Origin: an uncultured Acidobacteriota bacterium
Lineage (GTDB): Bacteria > Acidobacteriota > Blastocatellia > RBC074
Length of the DNA stretch: 64,000 nucleotides
Assembly: GCA_963796275.1 (NCBI GenBank)
Contig: CAWCKY010000002.1
Location: forward strand, 448,001-512,000
Direction of reading: 5' to 3'
This document shows, in pieces, positions 18,487 to 27,090 of this stretch. Position 1 is the stretch's first letter, and each line of letters starts with the position of its first letter. Position numbers and translations under genes: made by a program. Below the pieces are notes generated by a model. It was not told the origin of the DNA. It saw only the letters and a list, made by a program, of their open reading frames with translations, and made no database searches.

Positions 18487-19235
18487 TCATTCCGCCACGC
18501 TTGTTGCAACGGGTTCTTCTTTGCGCCTTCCAGACAGTAGTTTCTTAGATAAGAGCCCGAGCAGAGGAATCGCAATTATCAGTAGTTTCCAGCTTTTGGC
18601 GAGTAATACCAACAGCAGTTTAAACAGCCCGGCCTTGGCAGCGACTTTGCCGGCGATCAAGGCGCCGATGCCGTATGCAGCAACCTTATCCGCGCCCCCT
18701 ACATAATCGCCGTAACGGTGACCTTCGTTGAATTCGACGAAGGCGAGCACCTGCTGCATATCTTTCTCGACCATTTGCAACTGGCCCATCGATGCGACGG
18801 CATTTAGCGAAAGCACTCCGCGGCGACCCAGCGCACGGATGTCGTAGTTCAATGTGTGCTCAGGGTCTCCGCCAAAGCTCAGTTCCCTTGCCCAGAAAAG
18901 CTTGTGGGAATCCTTGTCGTAACGCGGGGGCGCCGCCCATCCGATCAACTCGACACTGTCATAGCCCTGCTTGGTCCTCTCCTCATTAGCCTCCCAGCTA
19001 CACCGTCCTTGAGCTTGATTTCACCTGTCTGAAACTTCAGCCTTGATACTGTCTCCTCCCGTTTCTTGAATTCCTTGAGCAGCATCTCCGCCTGCTCCGG
19101 GGACAATTGATCTGTTTCGCTCGCCGGATCTTTACCGGATTTCTCCTCTTTCTTTTGCGCGCATACGAAAAGTGGCTGCGGGAGCGTCAAAAGGACCGCG
19201 ACCGTAAAGATCAGACATACGAGGATGTTTTTCAT
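18487..19235 (-). pseudogene. DUF2167 family membrane-anchored protein, internally deleted and frameshifted
   Basis: N-part ...FQTGEIKLKDGVA joins out of frame to EANEERTKQGYDSVELIGWAAPPRYD...LNYDIRALGRRGVL at about 18995; the usual WGNP/GYVKDD segment is absent. Confidence 0.8.
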
Positions 19236-19411
19236 ATAGGTTCTCCGATTTGATGAGGATGACTGAGTCCTCCCGTCCTATTTGGTTGAAGAGATAAATC
19301 GACCAGACCCGTGTGGATCAACGAGTCCATTTCTAGGGATGGCGTGCGTAAGATACACTAATTGGAGGGAAGCCTGTCAATATAACTTTAGGCTTTTTTC
19401 AGATTTTCACA

Positions 19412-20143
19412 TCAATAACCGAGTTCGGCCCCAGGGCTTTGATCTGTAGATGATTCGTGCGACAAGCCCAGACGGCGTTTTGCTTCTTCGAGCATGGAGA
19501 CGGTGGCTGTTGCGCCTATTCTGGTTACACCGAGCGCGCGAACTTCGAGCAGACGATCGAACGTGCGCACACCTCCGGCTGCCTTTATCTGCACATTCGG
19601 AGGCGAATGTTTCCGCATCAAAATCAGGTCTGCGTCAGTCGCGCCACTGGGAGCATAACCTGTCGAGGTCTTCACCCAGTCGGCATTCAATTCCCCGCAG
19701 ATATGGCAGAGCCTGATCTTTTGATCGTCGTCGAGATATGCGTTCTCAAAAATTACTTTGACCTTCCGGTCGTGCGCGTGCGCCACCTCGATGACGGCTC
19801 TGATATCCGCCTGAACATTCTCCCAGTCGCCGCTGAGGACGCGGCTGATGTTGACGACCATATCGAGTTCCTCGCCGCCATCCTCCAGAGCCTGGATCGC
19901 CTCAGCGACTTTTATGCTCGTCATATGGCCGCCGTGCGGAAAGCCAATGGTAGTGCTCGCTTTGACATTACTATCCGCAAGCTGTTCGGCGACCCATTTG
20001 AGCGAATAAGGCATGATACAGACGCTCGCTACGTCGTAAGCGAGCGCAATCCGTACTCCCTGCTGTAAGTCCGCCAGCGTCAGCGATGGGTTGAGCAACG
20101 AATGATCAATCATCTTGGCGACACTCTGATAGGTATATTCCAT
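19412..20143 (-). CDS. deoC: Deoxyribose-phosphate aldolase
   Basis: MIDHSLL, IGFPHG, ELDMVVN, KVIFEN, VKTSTGY, IKAAGGVR, RIGAT. Confidence 0.95.
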   Translation of the reverse strand: MEYTYQSVAKMIDHSLLNPSLTLADLQQGVRIALAYDVASVCIMPYSLKWVAEQLADSNVKASTTIGFPHGGHMTSIKVAEAIQALEDGGEELDMVVNISRVLSGDWENVQADIRAVIEVAHAHDRKVKVIFENAYLDDDQKIRLCHICGELNADWVKTSTGYAPSGATDADLILMRKHSPPNVQIKAAGGVRTFDRLLEVRALGVTRIGATATVSMLEEAKRRLGLSHESSTDQSPGAELGY

Positions 20144-20165
20144 AATATTAATGGGAAGCTTATCT

Positions 20166-23100
20166 CTATTGCCGCCGGCCGTCCAGGTTCGCCCATTCTC
20201 CGGAGTGAATGAATGCCGCCCAGTAAAACGGATGCTGATGCTCCTTGGGCCCGCGAAGCATCTTCAGTTGTACTTGCCTCAATCCCTCGCTTCGCCCTTC
20301 TCCATTTGTGAGGGCTTTGTAGTAGGGAATCATTAAATCTTTGGTCACTTCGTCTGAGACGGGCCAGAGGCTCATCACCTGGCTCTGTGATCCAGCCAGG
20401 ACAAATGCGCGACGCAGCCCCTGCACTCCTTCACCATTCTTCACATCTCCCACACCTGTGTCGCAGGCCGAAAGGACTACCAGTTTGGTACCCGATAAAT
20501 ACAGATAAGCCGCCTCCAGCGCAGTCAACACGCCGTCATCATCTCCTCGCTTTTCGAAATTTGCTCCCGCCAGCGCGAGGCCTGAGCGCAACAATGGATC
20601 TTTGACCCTGGCGAGAGACATTCCGATCCGCAGCTGGGAATCGGGCGCGGTGTAGAGTGCGACGAAGTATTCGCTGGCGAGACCCCTCTCCTGCAGATCG
20701 GCGCCATACTTCTGGGCATCGGCCTGAGTCGGAAAATTTCCGCTCCGTACTCGGAAGAAAATCCTTTTGCCACTCGCCCTCTTTTTTAGAATGTATCCAT
20801 CTACCCCATGAGACCTGAGCCGTTCCACGGCCTCTTGCGCGGTTTCGAGAGCGGGAGTCGCCTCAAGCTGAACTGTGTAACTTTCACCTGTTGCAGCGAT
20901 AAATCCTGATGAACCAGCGTTCTGCGCTTGATTTCCCCCAGATGATGGCTCCTGTTTATTGATGAAGAAACCGTGCGTTGCGATGTGAAGAATTTGCGGC
21001 CCCCTGGTCTGTTTCAACGCCGTCTCTGTTGCGTCATCTCCCTGGAGCACCGATGCGTTAGGGAGCAAGGCTTTGATCGCGAGCGCTTCATCTTCCGTGC
21101 TCGGCAGAGGTTGGAAGAAGAACTGAGACGGACCATCCTGTGATTTCGATCGGTTGCTTCCGCGCGTTTTTCCCTGATCTCTACGTAAGGCGATGGTGGC
21201 GAAGCTGCCGAAGTCAGGATTGGCCACCACCAACGGAGCGTCCTTGCTCGGCTCGGGTGATTGGAGACGCAGCAGGTCACGTCCGCTGGTCAGGTAGCTG
21301 AGAGAGTAGCGCTCGATCAGATATCGATTCTGCTCATCGACCAGGGCGGCAAAAGGGATGAGGTTTAATGCCCCGTCGGGGGAAATCAGCAAATGACGCG
21401 TATCGTTTAGCACTTCACTGATGACCGCCCGCACGGGTCGCATCAATTTCTCATCAACGGCGCGCGCGAGCCGGTTGACGTCGGTCCGGCTCGAATCGCG
21501 CAGCGCATTGCGCCATTCCTCCATTGCCTGATCAATCGGCGCGGCTTCGCCAAGATCTACCCACTTCGGCTCAACTTGAGATGCGAGCACATATGCGATG
21601 TAGTGCGGTTCTCTGCTCTTCCCGGTCTTCGGATCAGACGGCGTGAAGTAGGCGAACTCGACCAGTGAGGTGCTCGTGGGAAGAGCGGCTTGAACGGCGG
21701 CGAGTGTGACCGGCTGAACTTGATTGCGAAACTCGATGCTGCGAGCACTGAGCTTCCCTTCTAAATCATCGACCTCGACTTCGAGTTTTTTCACCCGCGT
21801 CAGATAGGTATCCGGCTTAACCGCATCGGGCACGTTGAGTTTGAGCATTGCCAATTGCGAGCGAGCCGTTATGAGTCTATTGAAGAGCGCTTGAACCTGG
21901 GGGCTAGCGTGCCGGCGCAACGTGGCTATCGTATCGGCCATCGCATCGAGGCCGCGCCCTTTTCGGCATAAGAGAGTCGTTAAAGCCAGATTGAGCGCCC
22001 GCGAATCGTCAGGCGCTGCCTGGCTTTGAAGAGAGAGCGTGAAATCGATCCTTTCCGAAAACTTAGAGACATAAAGCAGTTTCTGGCGTTCGGAGCCGAT
22101 AGCGATAGTGCCGGTGAAGTTCCGTTCTTCTACGGCATTGGAGCGTGAGAGAAAAGAAATAGCCTGCGCGTATTCACCTTTTGCCAACTGCAGCCGGGCG
22201 AGGTCAGCGAGAGATTCAGCGAAATCTTTGTGTTCACTTCCAAGAACTTTTTCCCTGATGCTCAGTGCGCGCGCGAAGAGCGGCTCGGCCTTGGCGAACT
22301 CGCCTCTCACTCGATAGAGGTTGGCAAGATTGTTGAGACTTTGTGCCACTCCCGGATGCTCCGGACCCACCGATCTCTCCCCGATCGCCAGCGCCCGTTG
22401 ATGGAGCGGTTCCGCCTTGGCATATTCGCCTCTATCGCTGTAAAACCTGCCGAGGTTGTCGAGAGTGAGGGCGACAAAGGGATGCTCGGGACCCAGCACC
22501 TTCTCCCTGATTGCCAATGCACGCAGATAAAGCGGCTCTGCCTTAACGTATTCGAGTCTGTCCTTATAGAGATCAGCGAGATTTTCGAGAGGGCGGGCGA
22601 CATCCGGATGTTCTGGCCCCAGAGCTTTCTCCCTGATGGCCACTGCGCGCCTGTAGAGCGGCTCCGCCTTTTCGTAATCACCTCTATTGTAATAGATATT
22701 TGCAAGATTGATCAGTGAAGAAACGGCCTGAGGATGCTCCGGTCCCCATACTTTCAGATCGATGGTCAGTGCGCGTTGAAGCCGCGACTCTGCCTTTGCA
22801 TAGTCATTTGTCGCGCTATAAAGAGCGGCCAGGTTGCTGAGGGCGATAGAAACATTGGGGTGTTCGGCCCCCAGCGCTTTCTCCCAGGTGGTTTGCGCAC
22901 GTTGAAAGAGAGGCTCCGCTTTATCGAACTCGCATCTCTCAAAATAGAGTTTGCCAAAACTGGTAAGAACGGCGGCGACATCCGGATGCTCAGCTCCCAG
23001 CGCTTTCTCATTGATTGTTACTGCACGTTTATACAACTCTTCGGCCTTCGCGAACTCGCCTTTCTCGTTGTAGAGATAGGCAAGGTTGTTGAGGGTGGAG

Positions 23101-23879
23101 GCAACATCCGGGTGTTCCGGCCCTAAGACTTTCTCTCTAATCTTCAAAGCGCGTTGATAGCCTTCCTCCGACTTTTCGAAATCACCCTTGAGATTGAAAA
23201 GGTTCGATAGATTGTTAACTGCAAGAGCTACGTCTGGATGATCCGGTCCTAACGTCTTTTCACGAATCTCCAGTACTCGTTCACCTAATGGGCGCGCTTC
23301 ATCATACCTGCCTTCACGATAAAGTCTGAGAAACTCTGTATTTTGCTTCATCGCTTCGTGCAAGGCGCGGTCTCCATCCGTGGCGACGCCCAACTCCACC
23401 ACTCGAATCCGATATCGGCCGCCCGCCGCATTGCTATATTTTGCCTTTAGACCCAGTCGGTAGCTGCCCTCCTGTTCCGCTACCCAGGATGCGGTCTCCT
23501 CTCCCTCTTTCCTGCGCTCAGAATCAAATTCCGCGATCTGCTTTTTATCGGGCCCGATCAGTTTTAAACCCACGTCGATGCCTCGTTGATCCACAACTAC
23601 CTTAATATATTGATCGGCGGCGAGAGTTATCTCATAGGTATGTGTTTGTCCCCCGGCCAACTCTCGTTCAATCGGTTTGCCCTGTTTGAGTTGTCGAACT
23701 TGCGGATCTTCCTGCGTTACAGTGGCAGGAGAATTGTAGGGCTCAACTCCTTTCTCTGTGGAAAATGTATCCGGAGAACCCTGAATTCGGAAAAGTAGCA
23801 GGCTGATTGTGAACGCGAGTCCGCCGTTGACGAGTCTCAAGCGAAAAGTCGTCCTGGTTGAGGTAGGTGGGAGAACCAT
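20166..23879 (-). CDS. TPR-CHAT caspase-like protease with PPC-like N-domain and SPOR insertion
   Basis: N-terminal hydrophobic helix; about nine 42-aa TPRs (LGPEHPDVA); CHAT motifs PDGALNLIPFAAL, HIATHGFF, LSACDTG, SLWPVSD, HPFYWAAF; SPOR-like segment at 20661-20879. Confidence 0.92.
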   Translation of the reverse strand: MVLPPTSTRTTFRLRLVNGGLAFTISLLLFRIQGSPDTFSTEKGVEPYNSPATVTQEDPQVRQLKQGKPIERELAGGQTHTYEITLAADQYIKVVVDQRGIDVGLKLIGPDKKQIAEFDSERRKEGEETASWVAEQEGSYRLGLKAKYSNAAGGRYRIRVVELGVATDGDRALHEAMKQNTEFLRLYREGRYDEARPLGERVLEIREKTLGPDHPDVALAVNNLSNLFNLKGDFEKSEEGYQRALKIREKVLGPEHPDVASTLNNLAYLYNEKGEFAKAEELYKRAVTINEKALGAEHPDVAAVLTSFGKLYFERCEFDKAEPLFQRAQTTWEKALGAEHPNVSIALSNLAALYSATNDYAKAESRLQRALTIDLKVWGPEHPQAVSSLINLANIYYNRGDYEKAEPLYRRAVAIREKALGPEHPDVARPLENLADLYKDRLEYVKAEPLYLRALAIREKVLGPEHPFVALTLDNLGRFYSDRGEYAKAEPLHQRALAIGERSVGPEHPGVAQSLNNLANLYRVRGEFAKAEPLFARALSIREKVLGSEHKDFAESLADLARLQLAKGEYAQAISFLSRSNAVEERNFTGTIAIGSERQKLLYVSKFSERIDFTLSLQSQAAPDDSRALNLALTTLLCRKGRGLDAMADTIATLRRHASPQVQALFNRLITARSQLAMLKLNVPDAVKPDTYLTRVKKLEVEVDDLEGKLSARSIEFRNQVQPVTLAAVQAALPTSTSLVEFAYFTPSDPKTGKSREPHYIAYVLASQVEPKWVDLGEAAPIDQAMEEWRNALRDSSRTDVNRLARAVDEKLMRPVRAVISEVLNDTRHLLISPDGALNLIPFAALVDEQNRYLIERYSLSYLTSGRDLLRLQSPEPSKDAPLVVANPDFGSFATIALRRDQGKTRGSNRSKSQDGPSQFFFQPLPSTEDEALAIKALLPNASVLQGDDATETALKQTRGPQILHIATHGFFINKQEPSSGGNQAQNAGSSGFIAATGESYTVQLEATPALETAQEAVERLRSHGVDGYILKKRASGKRIFFRVRSGNFPTQADAQKYGADLQERGLASEYFVALYTAPDSQLRIGMSLARVKDPLLRSGLALAGANFEKRGDDDGVLTALEAAYLYLSGTKLVVLSACDTGVGDVKNGEGVQGLRRAFVLAGSQSQVMSLWPVSDEVTKDLMIPYYKALTNGEGRSEGLRQVQLKMLRGPKEHQHPFYWAAFIHSGEWANLDGRRQ

Positions 23880-24411
23880 GCCAATGCCTCCTTTAGCGGT
23901 AAATTTGAGTTTTTGCTAACTGGGGCACGTATCTACTTGGGAGAGTTCGATTTGGGAGGCTGAGAGATGGAAACTGAAAAACACTCCGCTCTTAACTATT
24001 TAACTCAATTGTTTTCAGCCTTTTGATTATCCTCCCTTTAACAAGTGACAAATTTGTTGAGCACGTATCGGCGAATCGTACGTCTACCTGAATTAGGTTC
24101 GAACAGATCAGTAATATTTTCTAACTCTCGGGATTTCAGATGGCGGCACTGCGAAAAAGGAGTTTCGAAAATTCGCCACATTGATAGCAAAATTGAAACG
24201 CGAATTATCGCGAATTATTTGGTATAGAACTTGTTAGGTGATGTTCGGTTTCTTCCAACCCCCTCCAATAGCGGTATGTGAGGTTCATCAATCGGCCGCA
24301 CGTATCTCTCGTATACCCAAAACCTATATCAATAGATAGGTGCGAGATTGGCTCGCTCGAGAAGAAGTCTGTTCATTTCAACACTCAATTTAACTAGGTA
24401 GGAGGACCGCA

Positions 24412-26112
24412 ATGAAAAACCAGTGCCCTGAGAAAAGTTCATCAGACCAACCCGATAGTAAGCGCGAAATTGAATCACCCGGTCGTCGTCAGTTTCTATC
24501 GGCTGCCGGAGGGTTCACAGCGGCAACATTTGCAACCGGTGAGGTGGGGTTGTCATCGCTGACCGGAGCTACCGACAGGGTAGCGGAACCACCACCTCAG
24601 TCGACACCGACGCCTTTACAGATGCGCCGTGCGCGTGCTTTGGAAATACGAAACAAGGCAGCCAACTTTCAATTAAGCCAGGACTTTCCGGTCCCTCAAA
24701 ATAATGGAGACGAGGATAGATTCCCGCTCGGATTGGCGAGTTTTAGCAAGGCGCTACCTCATAATAAATTAGGCGAAGTCGATCAAGCCGCGTATAGGAA
24801 GCTATTACAGGCTGTCAACAGTGGTCGGGCATCGGATTTTGCTCAGATCCCGCTTGCTGGAACTACCAGACTCGCCAACCCGCAGTGCGCATTCGCCTTC
24901 GAAATGGAGGGGGCAGACCCACACTCTCTTACCGTCGAGGCGCCTCCAAGCTTTACGTCCGAAGAGTTCGCAGGAGAAATGGTCGAATGCTATTGGCTCG
25001 CATTGACGCGCGATATCCCATTTTCACAGTATGGCAATGAGCCCCTGACCGCAGCAGCGATCGATGATCTGAGGCGGTTCCCGGAATTTGCGAATGTCAA
25101 TCCCGGAAATCTGTTCCGCGCCGATATCCCGGGCGTTCAAACCGGCCCGTATCTCTCGCAATTCCTGCTTCAGCCCTACACCTTCGGTTCCACCATTATG
25201 GAGCAGCGTTACCGCACATCTCTCAAGGGGGTCGACCATGTGACCTCCTATCAAACCTGGCTCGATATACAGAACGGTATTGCTTCGGGATCCGATGTCT
25301 TAGATGATACTCTGAGTTACATTCGTGACGGTCGCGTCCTGGGGGAATGGGTACATCGCAACTTCCCGTATCAGGCTGCCCTCATCGCGGCGCTCATCCT
25401 ATTGGGTTATGGCAATGATGCGCTCGACGACGCCAATCCATACAAGAGTCCTACGAATCAATTGGGATTTGCCACTTTCGGCGCACCTCATCTCCTTGAC
25501 CTCATCGCACGCGTTTCAAATCACGCGCTTAAAGCGGCGTATTATCAGAAATGGGCGGTTCATCGCCGCATCCGCCCCGAAGAGTTCGCAGGGCGTATCC
25601 ATAACCATATGACAGGCGCAGCTCAATATGAGCTCAACTCGAAACTGCTCGACTCGGCGGCGCTCTCATCTCTATTCAGCAAAAACGGAACTTACCTATG
25701 CCCGCAAGCTTTTCCCGAAGGCTGCCCGACGCACCCATCTTATCCCGGTGGTAATGCGACGTTCACGGCCGCCGGCGTAACCATGCTCAAAGCCTTCTTC
25801 AACGAAAACTTCGTGATCCCGAACCCGGTCGTCCCGAGCGAAGATGGATTGTCGTTGCTTCCGTGGACGGGTGATCCTCTGACTGTCGGCAATGAATTGA
25901 ACAAGCTGGTTTTTAATGCCGCTTTCGGTCGAAATACAGCGGGAGTACATTATAGGAGAGACGAAGTTCGCGGAATCTTGCTCGGCGAGACATCGGCTAT
26001 CAGCGTGGCGACCGATTTCAACGCGACATACAACGAAAGTTATCCCGGATTCAGCCTGACGACATTTGATGGAACTCCCACAACTCTGAGCACAAATCCA
26101 GTCCTTCTGTGA
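24412..26112 (+). CDS. Vanadium-dependent haloperoxidase homolog, Tat-exported
   Basis: GRRQFL Tat motif; FSKALPHN, GPYLSQFL, QKWAVHRRIRPEE, HPSYPGGNAT, GRNTAGVHYR. Confidence 0.88.
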   Translation: MKNQCPEKSSSDQPDSKREIESPGRRQFLSAAGGFTAATFATGEVGLSSLTGATDRVAEPPPQSTPTPLQMRRARALEIRNKAANFQLSQDFPVPQNNGDEDRFPLGLASFSKALPHNKLGEVDQAAYRKLLQAVNSGRASDFAQIPLAGTTRLANPQCAFAFEMEGADPHSLTVEAPPSFTSEEFAGEMVECYWLALTRDIPFSQYGNEPLTAAAIDDLRRFPEFANVNPGNLFRADIPGVQTGPYLSQFLLQPYTFGSTIMEQRYRTSLKGVDHVTSYQTWLDIQNGIASGSDVLDDTLSYIRDGRVLGEWVHRNFPYQAALIAALILLGYGNDALDDANPYKSPTNQLGFATFGAPHLLDLIARVSNHALKAAYYQKWAVHRRIRPEEFAGRIHNHMTGAAQYELNSKLLDSAALSSLFSKNGTYLCPQAFPEGCPTHPSYPGGNATFTAAGVTMLKAFFNENFVIPNPVVPSEDGLSLLPWTGDPLTVGNELNKLVFNAAFGRNTAGVHYRRDEVRGILLGETSAISVATDFNATYNESYPGFSLTTFDGTPTTLSTNPVLL

Positions 26113-26383
26113 TTGATTGAGTATCAATATGGAAGAGAAAGGAGGTGACCGCGAGAGCCCGGACAACGCACGACTGGCATCCGCAGTAATCTCAACATCG
26201 CAAGCATCGCAAGTATATTCCGTTTGCAATTGAGCGGAGAGAACGGGATTAACAGCGAGGAGCGTCCGGTATACCTGGATATATAGTCCGCTAAACCTTC
26301 TCAGGTTGAGGAAGGAGGATAAATGTGCGATGTTTCATTAATGCCATATTCGTGAATTTCGCGGCGAAAATAACTGTTCGCCA

Positions 26384-26410
26384 TGTCGATAATCGGATGT
26401 GCCGTTCGAC
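26384..26410 (+). promoter_or_regulatory. ECF42-type promoter of the DGPF gene
   Basis: TGTCGA-N17-CGAC upstream of a DGPF protein, the known ECF42 target class. Confidence 0.6.
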
Positions 26411-26483
26411 TTATAGTCGAAAAGGGGGATAGAGCCGGTCGATTCCGTCCGGTCTAAACTCCCAACACGAAACCAAAGGAGAT

Positions 26484-26921
26484 ATGTCGATGCGATTCAT
26501 GGTTATAGTAAAAGCCAACAAAGACACCGAAGCTGGGGTTATGCCGAACGAGGAACTCCTGACCCAAATGGGCAAATACAACGAAGAACTGGTAAATGCC
26601 GGCGTGATGATCGCGGGAGAAGGGCTTCACCCGAGCTCTAAGGGAGCGCGCATCAAGTTCTCGGGAAATAAACGTACGGTGTTAGACGGCCCTTTTCCTG
26701 AAACAAAAGAACTGATTGCCGGATATTGGATATGGCAGGTGAAATCAAAGGAAGAAGCAATCGAATGGGCCAAACGCTGCCCCAATCCTACGGGCGAAGA
26801 ATCTGTACTCGAACTCCGCCAGGTGTTCGAATCGGATGAATTCGGCGAAGAGTTTACGCCGGAGCTGCGGGAACAAGAAGATCGGTTACGCGCGAAAATC
26901 GAGAAACGCCAGAAAAAATAA
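26484..26921 (+). CDS. YciI/DGPF family protein
   Basis: GEGLHPSS, DGPFPETKELIAGYW; AAGGAG RBS. Confidence 0.93.
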   Translation: MSMRFMVIVKANKDTEAGVMPNEELLTQMGKYNEELVNAGVMIAGEGLHPSSKGARIKFSGNKRTVLDGPFPETKELIAGYWIWQVKSKEEAIEWAKRCPNPTGEESVLELRQVFESDEFGEEFTPELREQEDRLRAKIEKRQKK

Positions 26922-27090
26922 TCAGACGATTTATATAGTTGAAATCATTCTGCCATCAATGATGTGCGCGGTCAGAAACACCACAAATTCAGCGACCTCT
27001 TCATGCCGGCCTGGCCGGCTCGAAGAGGTCCTTAGATACTTTCAAGATAATTCAAAGGCGTTCTGAGGCATTACCTATCATGATACCGAC

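Noticed and set aside
22140-23330. Periodic DNA similarity (about 126 bp) as a CRISPR or non-coding array
   Set aside because: It is the coding periodicity of 42-aa TPRs; there are no identical repeats with unique spacers.
20166-23879. Craspase / type III CRISPR-associated TPR-CHAT
   Set aside because: No cas genes or array in the window, and the protein appears exported.
14054-26112. Halogenation gene cluster (cpo plus vanadium haloperoxidase)
   Set aside because: About 10 kb apart with unrelated genes between; Cpo-type enzymes are common esterases/perhydrolases; no biosynthetic core genes.
26138-26148. AAAGGAGGTGA as the 3' end of a minus-strand 16S rRNA gene
   Set aside because: Flanking sequence does not continue the 16S terminus (expected TCCAGCCGCA).
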